Positions 51,071 through 63,057 of a stretch of 64,000 nt of DNA are shown in pieces (positions within the stretch are counted from its first letter, which is position 1; every line of letters begins with the position of its first letter). The notes under the pieces are model-generated. The model made no database searches, was not told where the DNA came from, and saw only the letters and a program-made list of their open reading frames with translations. The DNA is from Candidatus Poribacteria bacterium (GTDB lineage: Bacteria > Poribacteria > WGA-4E > PCPOR2b). The stretch is taken from contig OZ244587.1 of the NCBI GenBank assembly GCA_965218095.1, forward strand, positions 2,432,001 to 2,496,000. The letters run 5' to 3'. A program made the position numbers and the translations under genes.

Positions 51071-51961
51071 ATGAGAACATCTCACAGATACTTAGATCCC
51101 GTAGCCCTTTCCCGGCTTGGCGGCATGGAGCTCGTTGCCCGTCTCGTCGTGGAAGGTTTTATCACAGGTCTGCACAAAAGCCCATACCAGGGTTTCAGCG
51201 TTGAATTTGCCGAACACCGGCAATACATGCCCGGCGACGAAATCCGATATATTGATTGGAAGGTGTACGGCAAATCAGACCGTTACTATATCAAAAAGTT
51301 TGAGGAGGAAACCAACCTCCGCGCCTATATCTTGCTCGATGCCAGCGGATCAATGAACTACAAATATGACGACGAAGGCATTACCAAATTTGAATACGGC
51401 TGTTATCTCGCCGCATCGCTGACCTACCTCATGCTCAAGCAGCGGGACTCCGTTGGCTTGGCAGTCTTTGACACACACATCAGGGAGTACATCCCACCGC
51501 GTGGCGCCGCGACCCACCTGCATGCGATCATGTCGACGTTAGAACAGGTTCAGCCGGGGAACGAAACGAGTATCAGCACAATCTTTAACGAACTTGCCAA
51601 ACGGATTATTCGTCGCGGATTGGTCATCGTGATCTCCGACTTGCTGGATGAGCCGTCCGAGGTGCTTTCTGCCCTCAAGCATTTTCGCCATTGCAAGCAC
51701 GAAGTCATCGTTTTTCATCTGCTCGATAAAGCTGAAATGACATTTCCATTTGAGGGACCGGTTGTTTTCCGCGATATGGAGAACGACCACACGCTCCCAA
51801 CGCAGGCAGAGGCGCTCAAAGCCGGCTATCTCGAACAATTAAATGCGTTCATTCAAGACTATCGCCGGGGATGCGGCGCAAGCTTGATTGACTATGTGCA
51901 AATCGACACGGCGACGCCATTTGATTATGCCCTGTCGTCATATCTTTCACGAAGAAGGTGA
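51071..51961 (+). CDS. DUF58 (vWA-like, MoxR-associated) protein
   Basis: GLHKSPYQGFSVEFAEHRQYMPGD, IDWKVY, EEETNL, DASGSM, VISDL. Confidence 0.93.
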   Translation: MRTSHRYLDPVALSRLGGMELVARLVVEGFITGLHKSPYQGFSVEFAEHRQYMPGDEIRYIDWKVYGKSDRYYIKKFEEETNLRAYILLDASGSMNYKYDDEGITKFEYGCYLAASLTYLMLKQRDSVGLAVFDTHIREYIPPRGAATHLHAIMSTLEQVQPGNETSISTIFNELAKRIIRRGLVIVISDLLDEPSEVLSALKHFRHCKHEVIVFHLLDKAEMTFPFEGPVVFRDMENDHTLPTQAEALKAGYLEQLNAFIQDYRRGCGASLIDYVQIDTATPFDYALSSYLSRRR

Positions 51962-51978
51962 ACGGTCGTGTTTATGCT

Positions 51979-52012
51979 AAACCTTCCAAAGGTTTCAAAC
52001 CTTCGGAAGGTT
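51979..52012. repeat. REP-like double palindrome
   Basis: AAACCTTCCAAAGGTTTCAAACCTTCGGAAGGTT. Confidence 0.8.
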
Positions 52013-52115
52013 CACGGTTTTCGGGAGTGGGTCGAAACTTACGCCGTGATGCAGTAGTCTGCTCTTCGGAACGCGATTAAACTCACCATAAAGTTGGCAG
52101 AAGGAGAAATGTGTT

Positions 52116-55094
52116 ATGAAATTGACGAAATGGGCATGTTGGCTTACTGTTCTATTGATGGCGATGATATTCACTCCTGCTTTGAGCGCAGAGGGCAAAG
52201 AAGCATCAGGCGAAGCACAATTTTTGACTAACATTCGACAACTGACATATGACGGGAAACGTGCCGGTGAGGCGTATTTTTCCGAAGATGGACAAGCACT
52301 GATTTTTCAAAGTGAGCGGGAACCGGGCAATCCATTTTACCAGATTTACACGCTTGATCTCCGAACAGGTGACATACACCGGGTTTCTCCCGGCGTGGGA
52401 AAAACAACCTGCGCCTTTTTCCGCCCCGGCACAAACGAGGTACTGTTTGCTTCAACACATCTTGACGCCGATGCAGCAGCCAAGCAGCAAGCGGAACTTG
52501 AATTTCGGGCGTTGGGAAGAGAACGTTGATACAGTTGGGATTATGACGAAAATATGGACATCTTTTCAGCAAAACAGGACGGAAGCAACTTGAAGCGGTT
52601 GACTGATGCGGTAGGATACGATGCGGAAGGCTCCTATTCCCTAGACGGAAGCAAAATCGTCTTTTGCTCTCTGCGAAATGCCTATCCACCTGAGAAACTT
52701 TCCCCAGAAGATCGGCAACGTCTGGAAGTCCATCCTGCCTATTTCGGCGAGATCTACATTATGGACGCGGATGGATGGGATCAGAGACAGCTAACCCATT
52801 CACCCGGCTACGACGGTGGTCCCTTTTTCTCTCCGGATGGCGAGAGGATTGTCTGGCGACATTTTGACGAAGATGGCATGTTGGCTGACATCTACACCAT
52901 GCGCCTGGATGGTTCGGACGTGCGGCGACTGACCGCATTTGATTCGATGTCCTGGGCGCCCTATTTTCACCCAGCAGGTGAATATGTCATTTTTGCCTCG
53001 AACAAATTGGGATTTTCCAACTTTGAACTGTACATGGTTGACACTTTAGGACAGCATGAACCTGTGCGGGTGACTCTTACGGAGGGATTTGATGGACTAC
53101 CCGTGTTCTCACCAGATGGACAACGGCTCTGCTGGACTTCAAACCGAACGAGCACACAGGCTGCCCAACTCTTTCTTGCCGACTGGAATCATGAGGCAGC
53201 TCTGGCAGCGATTGCTGCTGCGCCTGAACGCGAACAGACACAGTTTCCAGAAGTTGACTTCAGCCCGATGGAATCATCAGCCGGATGGGAAAAAATTGGC
53301 ATAAGTGGTCTGTCGCCCGAAATCTCCGCCGCCGATCTCCAATTCGACGTCGAATATCTCGCATCAGACGCACTCGAAGGTCGGAAGACCGGTTCAGAAG
53401 GCGCCTGATTAGCCGCCGATTACATCGCAGACCATTTACGGAAGGCTGGATTGAAGCCCCTGGGTGGGGACGGAACCTATTTTCAGGAATTTCGATTCAC
53501 TTCAGGCATGAAAGTCGTTCCCGATCAAAATCGCTTAGAGATTGTTAAAACTGATGGATGGGCGGAGACGATTCAATTCGAGGTCGAAAAAGACTTTCGC
53601 CCCCTCTCCTTTAGCGCCAATGGCGAAGTGGAAGGTAAGGTGGTTTTTGCGGGCTACGGTTTGTCTACGCCTGGGAAACGTGGCGTCGGATATGACTCAT
53701 ATACAGGCTTAGATGTCAAAGACAAAATTGTTCTCGTCCTGCGTTACGTTCCAGAAGCGGTTGAGGTGGAACGACGTCAAGAGCTCAATTTCTACGCAGG
53801 GCTGCGCTACAAAGCGATGATCGCGCGAGAACATGGCGCAAAGGCGCTCTTCGTTGTCACAGTCCCAAATTCTCCCAACGCTGGCGAGCTTGTCCCGCTC
53901 TCTTTTGACAGCAGCCTTGCAGGATCTGGCATTATTGCTGCCTCAATTACCGGAGCTGTGGCGGACGCTTTGTTTGCCGAAGCAGGAAAGGATCTGAAAG
54001 CGGTCCAGTCCGAACTCGACATTGAGAACCCTCACTTCGAAGGCAGATTCCGTCTGTCAGATGTCAAAGCCAAGATCGCGACTGGGGTTGAGCGGGTGAA
54101 GAAAACGGATCGGAACGTGATTGGGCTTCTCCCGCCCGCCGATCCGACGGAGGATACCGAGTATCTGATTGTCGGGGCGCACTATGATCACATCGGTTAC
54201 GGCGAAATCAGTTCCTTGGCGCGAAAGGGCGAGGAGGGACAGATTCACAACGGCGCAGATGATAACGCTTCTGGGACCGCAATTGTCCTCGAATTGGCGG
54301 CGAATCTGACTGAAGCTCACCGGAATAAGCCGGACAATTTTACCAGAGGTGTCATTTTTGCATTCTGGTCCGGTGAGGAACTTGGCTTGATCGGGTCTTC
54401 CCACTTTGTTGAACACCCGGCCGTTCCCCTGGAAAAGGTGGCGGCTTACATCAATTTCGACATGGCCGGGCGGCTGCGTGAAAACAAACTTACCCTTCAA
54501 GGCATCGGTTCGTCAACCGCTTGGCGGCGGCTGATCGAAAAGCGGAATGTCCTCGCCGGATTCAGTCTCACGCTGCAAGATGACCCATACTTGCCGACAG
54601 ACACGACAACTTTCTATCCGAAAGAAGTTCCTGTCCTGGCTTGCTTCACCGGCGGTCATGAGGATTATAACCGCCCCACGGACGATCCGGAGACCCTTAA
54701 CTACGAAGGCATGGAGCGAATCGCCAAATTCGTCCGCGCCATCATCATCGATCTCGTGAAACATTCGGAGCGACCGGAGTATGTCAAAGTCGAACGGACC
54801 AAGCCGGAGACGGGCAGTCGTGAAACGCTCCGGGCGTATCTCGGAACGATACCGGACTATACAACGGAGATTGAAGGGGGCAAACTCTCCGGCGTGCGGG
54901 GCGATGGGCCCGCCGACAAAGGGGGATTACAGGGTGGTGATATTATCGTGGAGTTTGCCGGTCAGAAGGTCACCAATATTTACGACTATACCTACGCGCT
55001 GGACGCCGTCAAAATTGGTGAGCCGGTTGAGGTCGTTGTCCTGAGAAACGGAGAGCGGATGACCCTGACCGTGACACCAGAGGCACGGAAGTGA
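52116..55094 (+). pseudogene. Secreted TolB-like (PD40) propeller + PA + M28 peptidase + PDZ protein with two in-frame TGA codons
   Basis: The three ORF pieces share one frame (993 codons). GYDGGPFFSPDG repeats, GAHYDH, GADDNASG, GEELGLIGS, PDZ (YLGTIPDY, GDIIV). TGA at 52527-52529 and 53406-53408. Confidence 0.9.
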
Positions 55095-55158
55095 AGGGAT
55101 ATACGGATGAGCGAATCAACTTACGCCTCACATTTTACGCTTCACGCCGGAGGGAAGA

Positions 55159-56196
55159 ATGACACAACGGTTGGATGCAATCGAAACGGAAGCGCAACTT
55201 GAGGAAATCATGTCCAGACCTACGCCAGAGGTTGTTCAGGCAATGGCGGAAATGGCGGGTGATCTTCTCATACTCGGCGTCGGCGGGAAGATGGGACCGA
55301 CCCTGGCAAAGCTGGCAAAACGCGCCGTTGACGAATCAGGCTCCGCCAAGAAAGTAATTGGGGTGTCCCGCTTTTCGTCACCGGGCGTGCAGACTAATCT
55401 GACTCAGGCTGGCATCGAGACGATTCCGTGTGACCTCCTCAACGAGGCGGAATTGCAGGGGCTGCCAGATATTTCCAACTTGATCTTCATGGTGGGCAGG
55501 AAGTTTGGCTCCACAAGCAATGAAGCGTTGACCTGGGCAATGAATACCTATCTCCCCGGACGAATCGCGGAAAAGTACCGGGATTCCCGAATCGTCGTCT
55601 TTTCGACGGGAAATGTCTATCCGCTCACACCTGTCTCCTGCGGTGGGGCGCCGGAAATGCATCCCGTGAATCCGATCGGCGAATATGCGCAATCATGCCT
55701 CGGACGCGAGCGGATGTTCGAGTATTTTTCAAACTGGTTTGGCACGCCGGGCGCGGTTATCCGCCTGAACTACGCCATCGATTTGCGGTACGGGATTCTT
55801 TTGGACATTGCAGAAAAAGTTTACAGTAGAAAGCCGGTTGATCTGACCATGGGCAATGTCAACGTCATCTGGCAGGGAGACGCAAACGCTGTAGTCCTGC
55901 GGGCTTTTCCACACTGTCAAAGCCCGCCAATGATTCTCAATCTCACAGGCCCTGAGACCGTTTCAATTCGATGGCTTGCCACACGATTTGGGGAGCTTTT
56001 TGAGAGGAAACCAATTTTTGAGGGCGAGGAGGCGAAAACCGCATTCCTAAGCAATGCCTCCCGCTGCCATCAGCTCTTCGGTTATCCGCGAATTTCACTT
56101 GAACAGATGGTGGGGTGGATTGCCCATTGGGTGCAGATCGGAAGTCCAACTTTGGGCAAACCGACGAAATTTGAAGCGCGGGACGGTAAATTTTGA
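55159..56196 (+). CDS. NAD-dependent epimerase/dehydratase family protein
   Basis: LGVGGKMG, VSRFS, STGNVYP, YAQSCLGRE, RLNYA. Confidence 0.9.
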   Translation: MTQRLDAIETEAQLEEIMSRPTPEVVQAMAEMAGDLLILGVGGKMGPTLAKLAKRAVDESGSAKKVIGVSRFSSPGVQTNLTQAGIETIPCDLLNEAELQGLPDISNLIFMVGRKFGSTSNEALTWAMNTYLPGRIAEKYRDSRIVVFSTGNVYPLTPVSCGGAPEMHPVNPIGEYAQSCLGRERMFEYFSNWFGTPGAVIRLNYAIDLRYGILLDIAEKVYSRKPVDLTMGNVNVIWQGDANAVVLRAFPHCQSPPMILNLTGPETVSIRWLATRFGELFERKPIFEGEEAKTAFLSNASRCHQLFGYPRISLEQMVGWIAHWVQIGSPTLGKPTKFEARDGKF

Positions 56197-56207
56197 TTAT
56201 CCGAAAT

Positions 56208-56520
56208 TCAGGTATTCGGTGCTATCTCCACCAGCTTCCCAAGATACATCACAGCGACCTTGTTCGCAAGACGTGAGATAACTCCCAGATCATGGGTGAT
56301 GATCAGGGTGGAAAGGGGTTCGTTGTCGGCGTTCAATTCTTCAAGGAGATTTATAATCAGTGCCTGGGTTGTCGCATCTAAATTCGTCGTCGGCTCATCA
56401 GCAATCAGTAAAGCTGGCTCGGCGCATAATACGAGTGCGATCATCACTCGCTGGCACCCGCCACCGCTTAACTCCCACGAATACTGCGCTAAACGGTCTT
56501 TGGGATGATCCAGATGCACT
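56208..56520 (-). pseudogene. Fragment of an oligopeptide ABC transporter ATPase (DppD/OppD)
   Basis: ELSGG..QRVMIA, LLIADEPTTNLD, IITHDL, VMYLGKLVE; no Walker A half. Confidence 0.85.
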
Positions 56521-56619
56521 TCCACCACGATTTGAATCACCCACTTTATCACTCCCACAAACTTTACGTTTTGCACATTTCGTCAAATCTTCAGGGATTG
56601 TAGAAACCCGCAAATTGTG

Positions 56620-59214
56620 TTAAACATCCCCGCCATCTAACTTCGTCCCTCGCAGCCGCAGACTGTTGGCGACGACAGTCACGCTGCTAAAGGCCATGGC
56701 AAAAGCAGCCAACACCGGATGCAGCACCCGCAGCATCATCGGCAGGAAGGTGAGCGGGTGGAGGACGCCCGCCGCCACCGGGATGAGAATGACATTGTAG
56801 AAAAACGCCCAGAACAGATTCTGCTTGATGGTACGCATCGTCGCCTTGCTGAGGGCGATTGCCTGTGGTACAGAGCGGAGATCGCCGCGCATCAGGGCGA
56901 CGTCCGCTGTCTCCATCGCCACATCCGTCCCCGTACCGATGGCGATACCAACATCCGCTTGGGCTAACGCTGGTGCGTCATTGATGCCATCCCCGACCAT
57001 CGCCACCAGTCCAATTCCCTCCGATTGCAATTTCTTTACTTCTTCTGCCTTGTCGCCGGGCAGCACTTCAGCGAGTACCCGATCTATCCCTATTGCTTTG
57101 GCAACCGCTTCCGCTGTGGATGGGTTATCGCCGGTGACCATCACCACCTGCAAACCCAACCGGTGCATCTGGGCGATGGCTTCTCTGGAACCCGGCTTGA
57201 TGGTGTCCGCCACGGCAATCAAGCCCGCGGCTTTGCCATCAATCGCCACCCACATCGAAGTTTGCGCCTCCGACTGTAACCGTTTCGCCGCCGCCTCCAG
57301 TCCATTGAGGTAAATCTTTCGCTCAGTCATCATTTTGAGATTGCCCACCACGACCTGATGCCCTTCGACCTGAGCGATGATGCCATGTCCAACGACGGCT
57401 TCAAACTGAGAAGGCTCTGCCAGTGACAGCCTGTGCGCCTGCGCTGCACGCACGATAGCTTCGCCGAGCGGATGTTCGCTGCTGCGCTCCGCCGACGCAG
57501 CCAGCCATAGCATTGCGAATCGTTCCTCTTTCCTTTCTTCCGTCCTTCCTCCGGTCTTCGATTGAGAGTCCGAGACCTTCTTTCCATTCCTCAACGCTTC
57601 AGCAGTGACGCTTTCCACGCCGCCATCTGCAGTCACTACATCTGTGACCGACGGCTCACCGACCGTGACCGTCCCTGTCTTATCAAGAACGACGACTTTG
57701 AGTGAATGCGCCCCTTCGAGCGCCTCGCTGTTTTTGAAGAGGATACCTTGCTCGGCGCCCACTCCGGTCCCGACCATAATGGCGGTCGACGTGGCGAGCC
57801 CCAACGCGCACGGACAGGCGATGACCAACACCGCGACCATCCGAATCATCGCCGGCGTAAAACCGACCTCGACGCCAAACCACCACACCAGTAACGTAAT
57901 CGCCGCAATGCCAATGACGACAGGCACAAAGACGCTCGCCACCCGGTCTGCCAGACGTTGGATAGGGGCTTTGCTTCCTTGCGCTTCCTGAACCAGCCGG
58001 ATGATCTGCGCGAGCGCCGTCTCTACACCGACTTTGGTCGCCTCGAATTTGAGCCGCCCACCTTTGTTGATGGTCGCGCCAACCACTTCATTGCCCGGCT
58101 GCTTGTCCACCGGCAGGCTTTCACCGGTGAGCATGCTCTCGTCCACAGCGGAGTGCCCGTCGATAACGATCCCATCCACCGGAATCCTTTCGCCCGGACG
58201 CACGATGACGATATCGCCAACGCTCATTTGCTCAATGGGAATATCAACTTCTTTGCCGTTCCGCACCACACAGGCAGTTTTCGCCCGAAGCCCCATCAGC
58301 TTCTTGATGGCGGCGCTGGTCTGCCCTTTGGCGCGGACCTCCAGCAGTTTGCCCAGCTTGATGAGTGTGATGATGACCGCAGCAGTCTCAAAGTAGACGT
58401 GGTTCCCCAAGGTGTTGTTGCCGAGAGTCAGGGCAATCGTGACGGGAAGGCTATAGAAGAAAGCCGACGACGACCCCATCGCCACCAGCACGTCCATGTT
58501 GGCGGCGCCGTTGCGCAACGCTTTGAAGCCACCCACGTAATAGTCCCAGCCGACATAAAACTGCACCGGCGCAGCCAGTGCCAGCATCAGCCAGTTGACC
58601 CAAGGTGTATGCGCCCAACCCCCTAGCAGCCCAAAGTCACGCGCCATGCTCAAACCAAAGAGGGGCAGTGAGAAGACGACACCCACCCAGAACTTGCGCG
58701 TCTGGTCGCGGATTTCTGCTTGGCGGGCAGCACCCTCGGTGTCCTCCAGTTGGTCAGCCTCCGCTTCGACAACGCCGTAGCCCGTTTCTTCAATGGCAGC
58801 AATCAGGTCAGCGGGAGTGATTTGACCGGGAATGTATTCGACGGTTGCCTTCTCCGCAGCGAAATTAACGGTCGCCGAGACCACGTCTGATCCCATCTTG
58901 TTGAGCGTTCGTTCGATGGTCGCCACGCAGTTGGCGCAGGTCATTCCCGTGATAAGCAACTCGATCCGGTTGGCTGCAACTCCGTAGCCCACGTCTTTGA
59001 TTCTGCCGATGATGGCATTCTCGCTCAAGACGGATGGGTCGAAAGTCACGGTTGCCTTTTCGGTCGCGTAGTTGACGTTGACCTCGTCAAGACCGTCCAG
59101 CTTCTTCAGATTGCGTGCGATGGTGTTTGCGCAATTCGCGCAGTGCATGCCCGTGATAGGCAAATCGAGCGTAGCGAGATCCCGCGAAGCGGGGATAATC
59201 TGTTTTCCAGCCAT
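56620..59214 (-). CDS. copA: Cu(I)-translocating P1B-type ATPase
   Basis: Two GMxCxxC domains, [27 protein letters not shown] and MAFSS motifs. Confidence 0.95.
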   Translation of the reverse strand: MAGKQIIPASRDLATLDLPITGMHCANCANTIARNLKKLDGLDEVNVNYATEKATVTFDPSVLSENAIIGRIKDVGYGVAANRIELLITGMTCANCVATIERTLNKMGSDVVSATVNFAAEKATVEYIPGQITPADLIAAIEETGYGVVEAEADQLEDTEGAARQAEIRDQTRKFWVGVVFSLPLFGLSMARDFGLLGGWAHTPWVNWLMLALAAPVQFYVGWDYYVGGFKALRNGAANMDVLVAMGSSSAFFYSLPVTIALTLGNNTLGNHVYFETAAVIITLIKLGKLLEVRAKGQTSAAIKKLMGLRAKTACVVRNGKEVDIPIEQMSVGDIVIVRPGERIPVDGIVIDGHSAVDESMLTGESLPVDKQPGNEVVGATINKGGRLKFEATKVGVETALAQIIRLVQEAQGSKAPIQRLADRVASVFVPVVIGIAAITLLVWWFGVEVGFTPAMIRMVAVLVIACPCALGLATSTAIMVGTGVGAEQGILFKNSEALEGAHSLKVVVLDKTGTVTVGEPSVTDVVTADGGVESVTAEALRNGKKVSDSQSKTGGRTEERKEERFAMLWLAASAERSSEHPLGEAIVRAAQAHRLSLAEPSQFEAVVGHGIIAQVEGHQVVVGNLKMMTERKIYLNGLEAAAKRLQSEAQTSMWVAIDGKAAGLIAVADTIKPGSREAIAQMHRLGLQVVMVTGDNPSTAEAVAKAIGIDRVLAEVLPGDKAEEVKKLQSEGIGLVAMVGDGINDAPALAQADVGIAIGTGTDVAMETADVALMRGDLRSVPQAIALSKATMRTIKQNLFWAFFYNVILIPVAAGVLHPLTFLPMMLRVLHPVLAAFAMAFSSVTVVANSLRLRGTKLDGGDV

Positions 59215-59231
59215 CGTAAACGCCTCCCCCG

Positions 59232-59489
59232 TCACGCATTCTCCGGCGGGTGATTTATCTCTTCCAACAACGCATGGATGGCATCCCAGCTTGCCGGCGG
59301 CTCGTTCCATTCGACGTTGACCTGTTCTTCTTCGGTTCGGCGCGTCGCTTCCTGTGTTGCCGCCTCCTCATAGCGGCAGCGTTCCTCTATCAACACGGCT
59401 AACTCATCGCGCTCTGCCTCCGCCAACGCACCCCGCACCTCTGCTTCACGGAGTTGATTTAAGCGCGTTTGTTTGGATTCATCCCACAT
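59232..59489 (-). CDS. Small helical hypothetical protein
   Basis: GGAGG RBS; charged helical sequence ([18 protein letters not shown]). Function not recognised. Confidence 0.45.
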   Translation of the reverse strand: MWDESKQTRLNQLREAEVRGALAEAERDELAVLIEERCRYEEAATQEATRRTEEEQVNVEWNEPPASWDAIHALLEEINHPPENA

Positions 59490-59861
59490 AGCCATCCCCT
59501 CCGTCATTCATTTATTAAGTCCACTGACCTTGTTATGCCTACTGCTTGATCTTTCCTAACATTTCTAAAACGCTGTCGAAATCGTATTGATTCGCCAAAT
59601 CCCACAATCGCCTGGCTAACAATTTTGATAGATTTTTCATCAATGGCGTGGGTTGATATGCTCTTTCTGCGGGGGTGGTGAATAAGCCATATTTTCCCAA
59701 AAAAACGGAGTTGTGTCAAGTCTTTTTAGAAACACTACCCAAATATAAACCGTCGATTTCTTGAATCAACTATTGACACTGATTTTGCCAAAGTGTTGAA
59801 AAGCGCCTGTCAACTCCCAGGCCACTTCCGCGATCAGGTACTTGTCGACGGGCGCCGTGAA

Positions 59862-61508
59862 CTAAATCGGGCATGCGATATTCCCCAAACGCTCCGTCAA
59901 CAAACGATTTTCCCGATAATCAATGGGCATAACCACAAGCGCCGGGTTATCAGCATGAAACGCCTTTTCTAATGTTGGAGCCACATCTACAGAATTTTCC
60001 ACTCGAAATCCCGCCCAGCCAAAGGATTCTGCCAATTTAACAAAGTCAGGATTGCCGAATGAAAGATTGGTGTGGCGATTAAACTGGTTATCCTGCTTCC
60101 AAGAAATGAGGCCGTAGCCGCCATCCTCCCACACTATGACCACAATGTTAGTCCCTAGGCGTTTGGCGGTCTCCATCTCCTGAACATTCATCAAAAAACC
60201 GCCGTCACCGCAGATAGCCAATATGCGGCGGTCTGGATACACCATTTTAGCAGCAATTGCTCCCGGCAGTGCAAATCCCATCGAGCAGAAGCCGTTGGAG
60301 ATAAGGCAGGTATTCGGTTCGTCACACTGATAATAACGGGCAACCCACATTTTATGCGCCCCCACATCGCTCAGCAGAATATCGTGGGGGCCTAACGCCT
60401 CGCGCGCATCCCAAAGCACTTTTTGGGGGCGAATGCTTCCTCGCGTATGGTCATCTTTGTGCATGGCAAACTCAGTCAGCATCTCTTCTCGAATCGTTTG
60501 GTGCTGATGGATATCGAAACGAAGGGGTTTGTTTTTAACTCGCTCATTGAGCATCCACAGCGTATGCGCGAGATCGCCGACGACTTCGACATCAACGCGG
60601 TAATCTTCATCCACTTCCACCGGCAGAAAGTCGATATGCACGATTTTCTTGGCGCTTCCTTTATTCCACAGGCGGGGGTGGTATTCCACTAGGTCATAGC
60701 CCAGGGTAATCACTAAATCAGCAGCATCAATGGCGCAAGCGATCAGGTCTTTCGCCTGTAGGCCGATGGTAAATAAACCATAGGGGGCATGGCGAGAAAC
60801 CGCGCCTTTTCCCATAAAGGTGTTAATAACGCCAATGCCAGTGGACTGGGCAAACTCGCGCAACTGCTTGCTTGCTCGCTTGCGGATGGCGCCGTTGCCA
60901 GCGAGAATTACCGGGCGTTTCGCCTGGCGAATCAAATCCATGGCTTGATTGACAATTTTATCGTCGGGAACGGCGCGGCGCAGACGCATGCTGGGAATGG
61001 GTACATTGCTGGTGGGTTGGACGGCAATGTCTTCCGCCAATTCGATGTGACAGGCGCCTGGCTTCTCCGTTTCAGCCAGCTTAAAGGCTTTACGAACCAC
61101 TTCAGGAATGTTCTCCGGATTAATAATTGGGCTCGCCCATTTGGTGACCGGTGTGAACATACCCACCACATCCATGTTCTGGTGACTTTCCTTGTGCTGT
61201 CGCCGACTATCTGCCTGCCCGGTAATGACAACGACGGGTGAGCGATCCATATTGGCATCAGCCACACCGGTCATGAGATTGGTTGCTCCCGGGCCCAGCG
61301 TTCCCAGACAAACGCTGGCTTTACCGGTCAATCTACCGTAAACATCGGCCATAAAAGCAGCCCCCTGTTCGTGGCGGGTGAGGATAAAGGGTATTGGAGA
61401 GTTTTCTAACGCCATTATAAAATGGGCGTTTTCCTCCCCCGGTACGCCGAATACGTATTCTACGCCTTCAACTTCCAAACACTTAACAAATAATTGTGCA
61501 GCATTCAT
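59862..61508 (-). CDS. Acetolactate synthase large subunit-like ThDP enzyme
   Basis: FGVPGEEN, RHEQGAAFMA, TLGPGATN, SDVGAHK, SMGFALP, GDGGFLMN. Confidence 0.93.
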   Translation of the reverse strand: MNAAQLFVKCLEVEGVEYVFGVPGEENAHFIMALENSPIPFILTRHEQGAAFMADVYGRLTGKASVCLGTLGPGATNLMTGVADANMDRSPVVVITGQADSRRQHKESHQNMDVVGMFTPVTKWASPIINPENIPEVVRKAFKLAETEKPGACHIELAEDIAVQPTSNVPIPSMRLRRAVPDDKIVNQAMDLIRQAKRPVILAGNGAIRKRASKQLREFAQSTGIGVINTFMGKGAVSRHAPYGLFTIGLQAKDLIACAIDAADLVITLGYDLVEYHPRLWNKGSAKKIVHIDFLPVEVDEDYRVDVEVVGDLAHTLWMLNERVKNKPLRFDIHQHQTIREEMLTEFAMHKDDHTRGSIRPQKVLWDAREALGPHDILLSDVGAHKMWVARYYQCDEPNTCLISNGFCSMGFALPGAIAAKMVYPDRRILAICGDGGFLMNVQEMETAKRLGTNIVVIVWEDGGYGLISWKQDNQFNRHTNLSFGNPDFVKLAESFGWAGFRVENSVDVAPTLEKAFHADNPALVVMPIDYRENRLLTERLGNIACPI

Positions 61509-61876
61509 GAATAAATTGCCTCCTGTTTTAGTGCTTTGATGTTCTGTTCGACATGACTTGAATCTGTATCATCTTTGGGGTATCATTTATGAACTAAATC
61601 TAAATTTCGGTGTGCCTAACAAAAACATTGCAGAATCTGGAAAATTACATAGTTCAATTCATTTAAGGACACGACTTGAAAGGTTGTGCGACAGTTTGGC
61701 GGCCAGTTCATTTGGACATCCGCTTGCCACCAACGGTTCCAAGCAAGTACCCATGCGATTGGAAGCGGTTTTCCTCGCTCCCACGCTCCCTTGCTGGTTC
61801 AACCAAGCTGGTTAAATAGCGATGGAGACCGGATTTGTTCAATAACCTTCCAAGTCGTATAAGGAGGTCACTCAAA

Positions 61877-62725
61877 ATGAATACCCTCAAAACCGGAATA
61901 CTCATGATTGCGTTGACAGCACTGCTGATGCTCATTGGCAACCTGCTGGGGGGCGAAGTTGGAATGACATTTGCCTTGATGATGGCAGCAATCATGAACT
62001 TTGCATCCTACTGGTTCAGTGACAAGATTGTCCTGTCGATGTACAGAGCGCAGGAAATCAGCCCTGACAGTGAATTATACCAAATTGTACAACGACAAGT
62101 CCAACAATCAGGATTACCGATGCCTCGTGTCTACACCATTCCAACCGACACGCCAAACGCCTTCGCTACAGGCAGAAATCCCAGCCACGCGGCGGTTGCA
62201 GCGACAGACGGAATTATGCGACTGTTATCGCGTGACGAACTCGCAGGCGTCATTGGACATGAACTAGCGCACATCAAACAGCGCGACATTCTGATTAGCA
62301 GCATCGTCGCTACAATGGCAGGGGCAATTATGTGGATTGCGCACATGGCGCAGTGGGCTGCGATGTTTGGCGGCTTTAGCGGAGATGACGATGATGAAGG
62401 TGGGGGTGGAATCATTGGACTACTGTTCCTGATTATCGTCGCACCGATTGCAGCGATGATTATTCAGTTCGCGATCTCCCGCTCCCGTGAATATGCCGCG
62501 GATCGCTGTGGCGCTGGGATCTGTGGTAATCCGCTCGCACTGGCAGATGCCCTGCGTAAGCTTGAGCGTGGCGTCGAAGCACAACCGATGCCGCACGCAA
62601 ATGCAGCAACGTCCCATCTCTTTATTGTAAACCCCCTGCGCGGTGGCATTGCGGGACTCTTCAGCACCCATCCACCGATGGACGAACGCATCCGTCGTTT
62701 AGAAGCACTGGCGGGCCGAGCGTAG
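61877..62725 (+). CDS. htpX: Zinc metalloprotease HtpX
   Basis: [30 protein letters not shown]; RBS AAGGAGG. Confidence 0.95.
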   Translation: MNTLKTGILMIALTALLMLIGNLLGGEVGMTFALMMAAIMNFASYWFSDKIVLSMYRAQEISPDSELYQIVQRQVQQSGLPMPRVYTIPTDTPNAFATGRNPSHAAVAATDGIMRLLSRDELAGVIGHELAHIKQRDILISSIVATMAGAIMWIAHMAQWAAMFGGFSGDDDDEGGGGIIGLLFLIIVAPIAAMIIQFAISRSREYAADRCGAGICGNPLALADALRKLERGVEAQPMPHANAATSHLFIVNPLRGGIAGLFSTHPPMDERIRRLEALAGRA

Positions 62726-62747
62726 CGAATACCGTCGATAGATTCAG

Positions 62748-62774
62748 GAGGGTGTTTCGCTGAAGAACACCCTC
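62748..62774 (+). terminator. Hairpin downstream of htpX
   Basis: GAGGGTGTT-N9-AACACCCTC; no clear U-tract. Confidence 0.35.
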
Positions 62775-62869
62775 ACCCAAAAACACCTTAATCTTTACCC
62801 ACATCTTTTCATCCAAGCCATATCAGGCAAGGGAGCGAGGGGGCGTGGGAGCGAGTTTCCACTTTCTGT

Positions 62870-63057
62870 AATAGATGAGATTGGTGAATGTTTCGGACAA
62901 GCTGATCGTATCATGTTTGTTGACCGGTTTGACGGTTATCGGTCCAATGACGAATCCATGATTGTTGGTGATGGTGAGCTCTTTTTCACCTTTCTGGTGT
63001 TTGTGTCCAGAATAACCGATGTCATTGCCCCTTTTTTAACGACGACATTTGACCCAA
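62870..63057 (-). pseudogene. IS5-like transposase fragment
   Basis: Manual translation: GSNVVVKKGGNDIGYSGHKHQKGEKELTITNNHG..P..VKPVNKHD. Confidence 0.6.

Noticed and set aside
27281-55094. Alternative genetic code (TGA or TAG reassignment, Sec or Pyl)
   Set aside because: Many intact genes end in TGA or TAG, and the internal stops map to different inferred residues (Trp, Arg, Gln).
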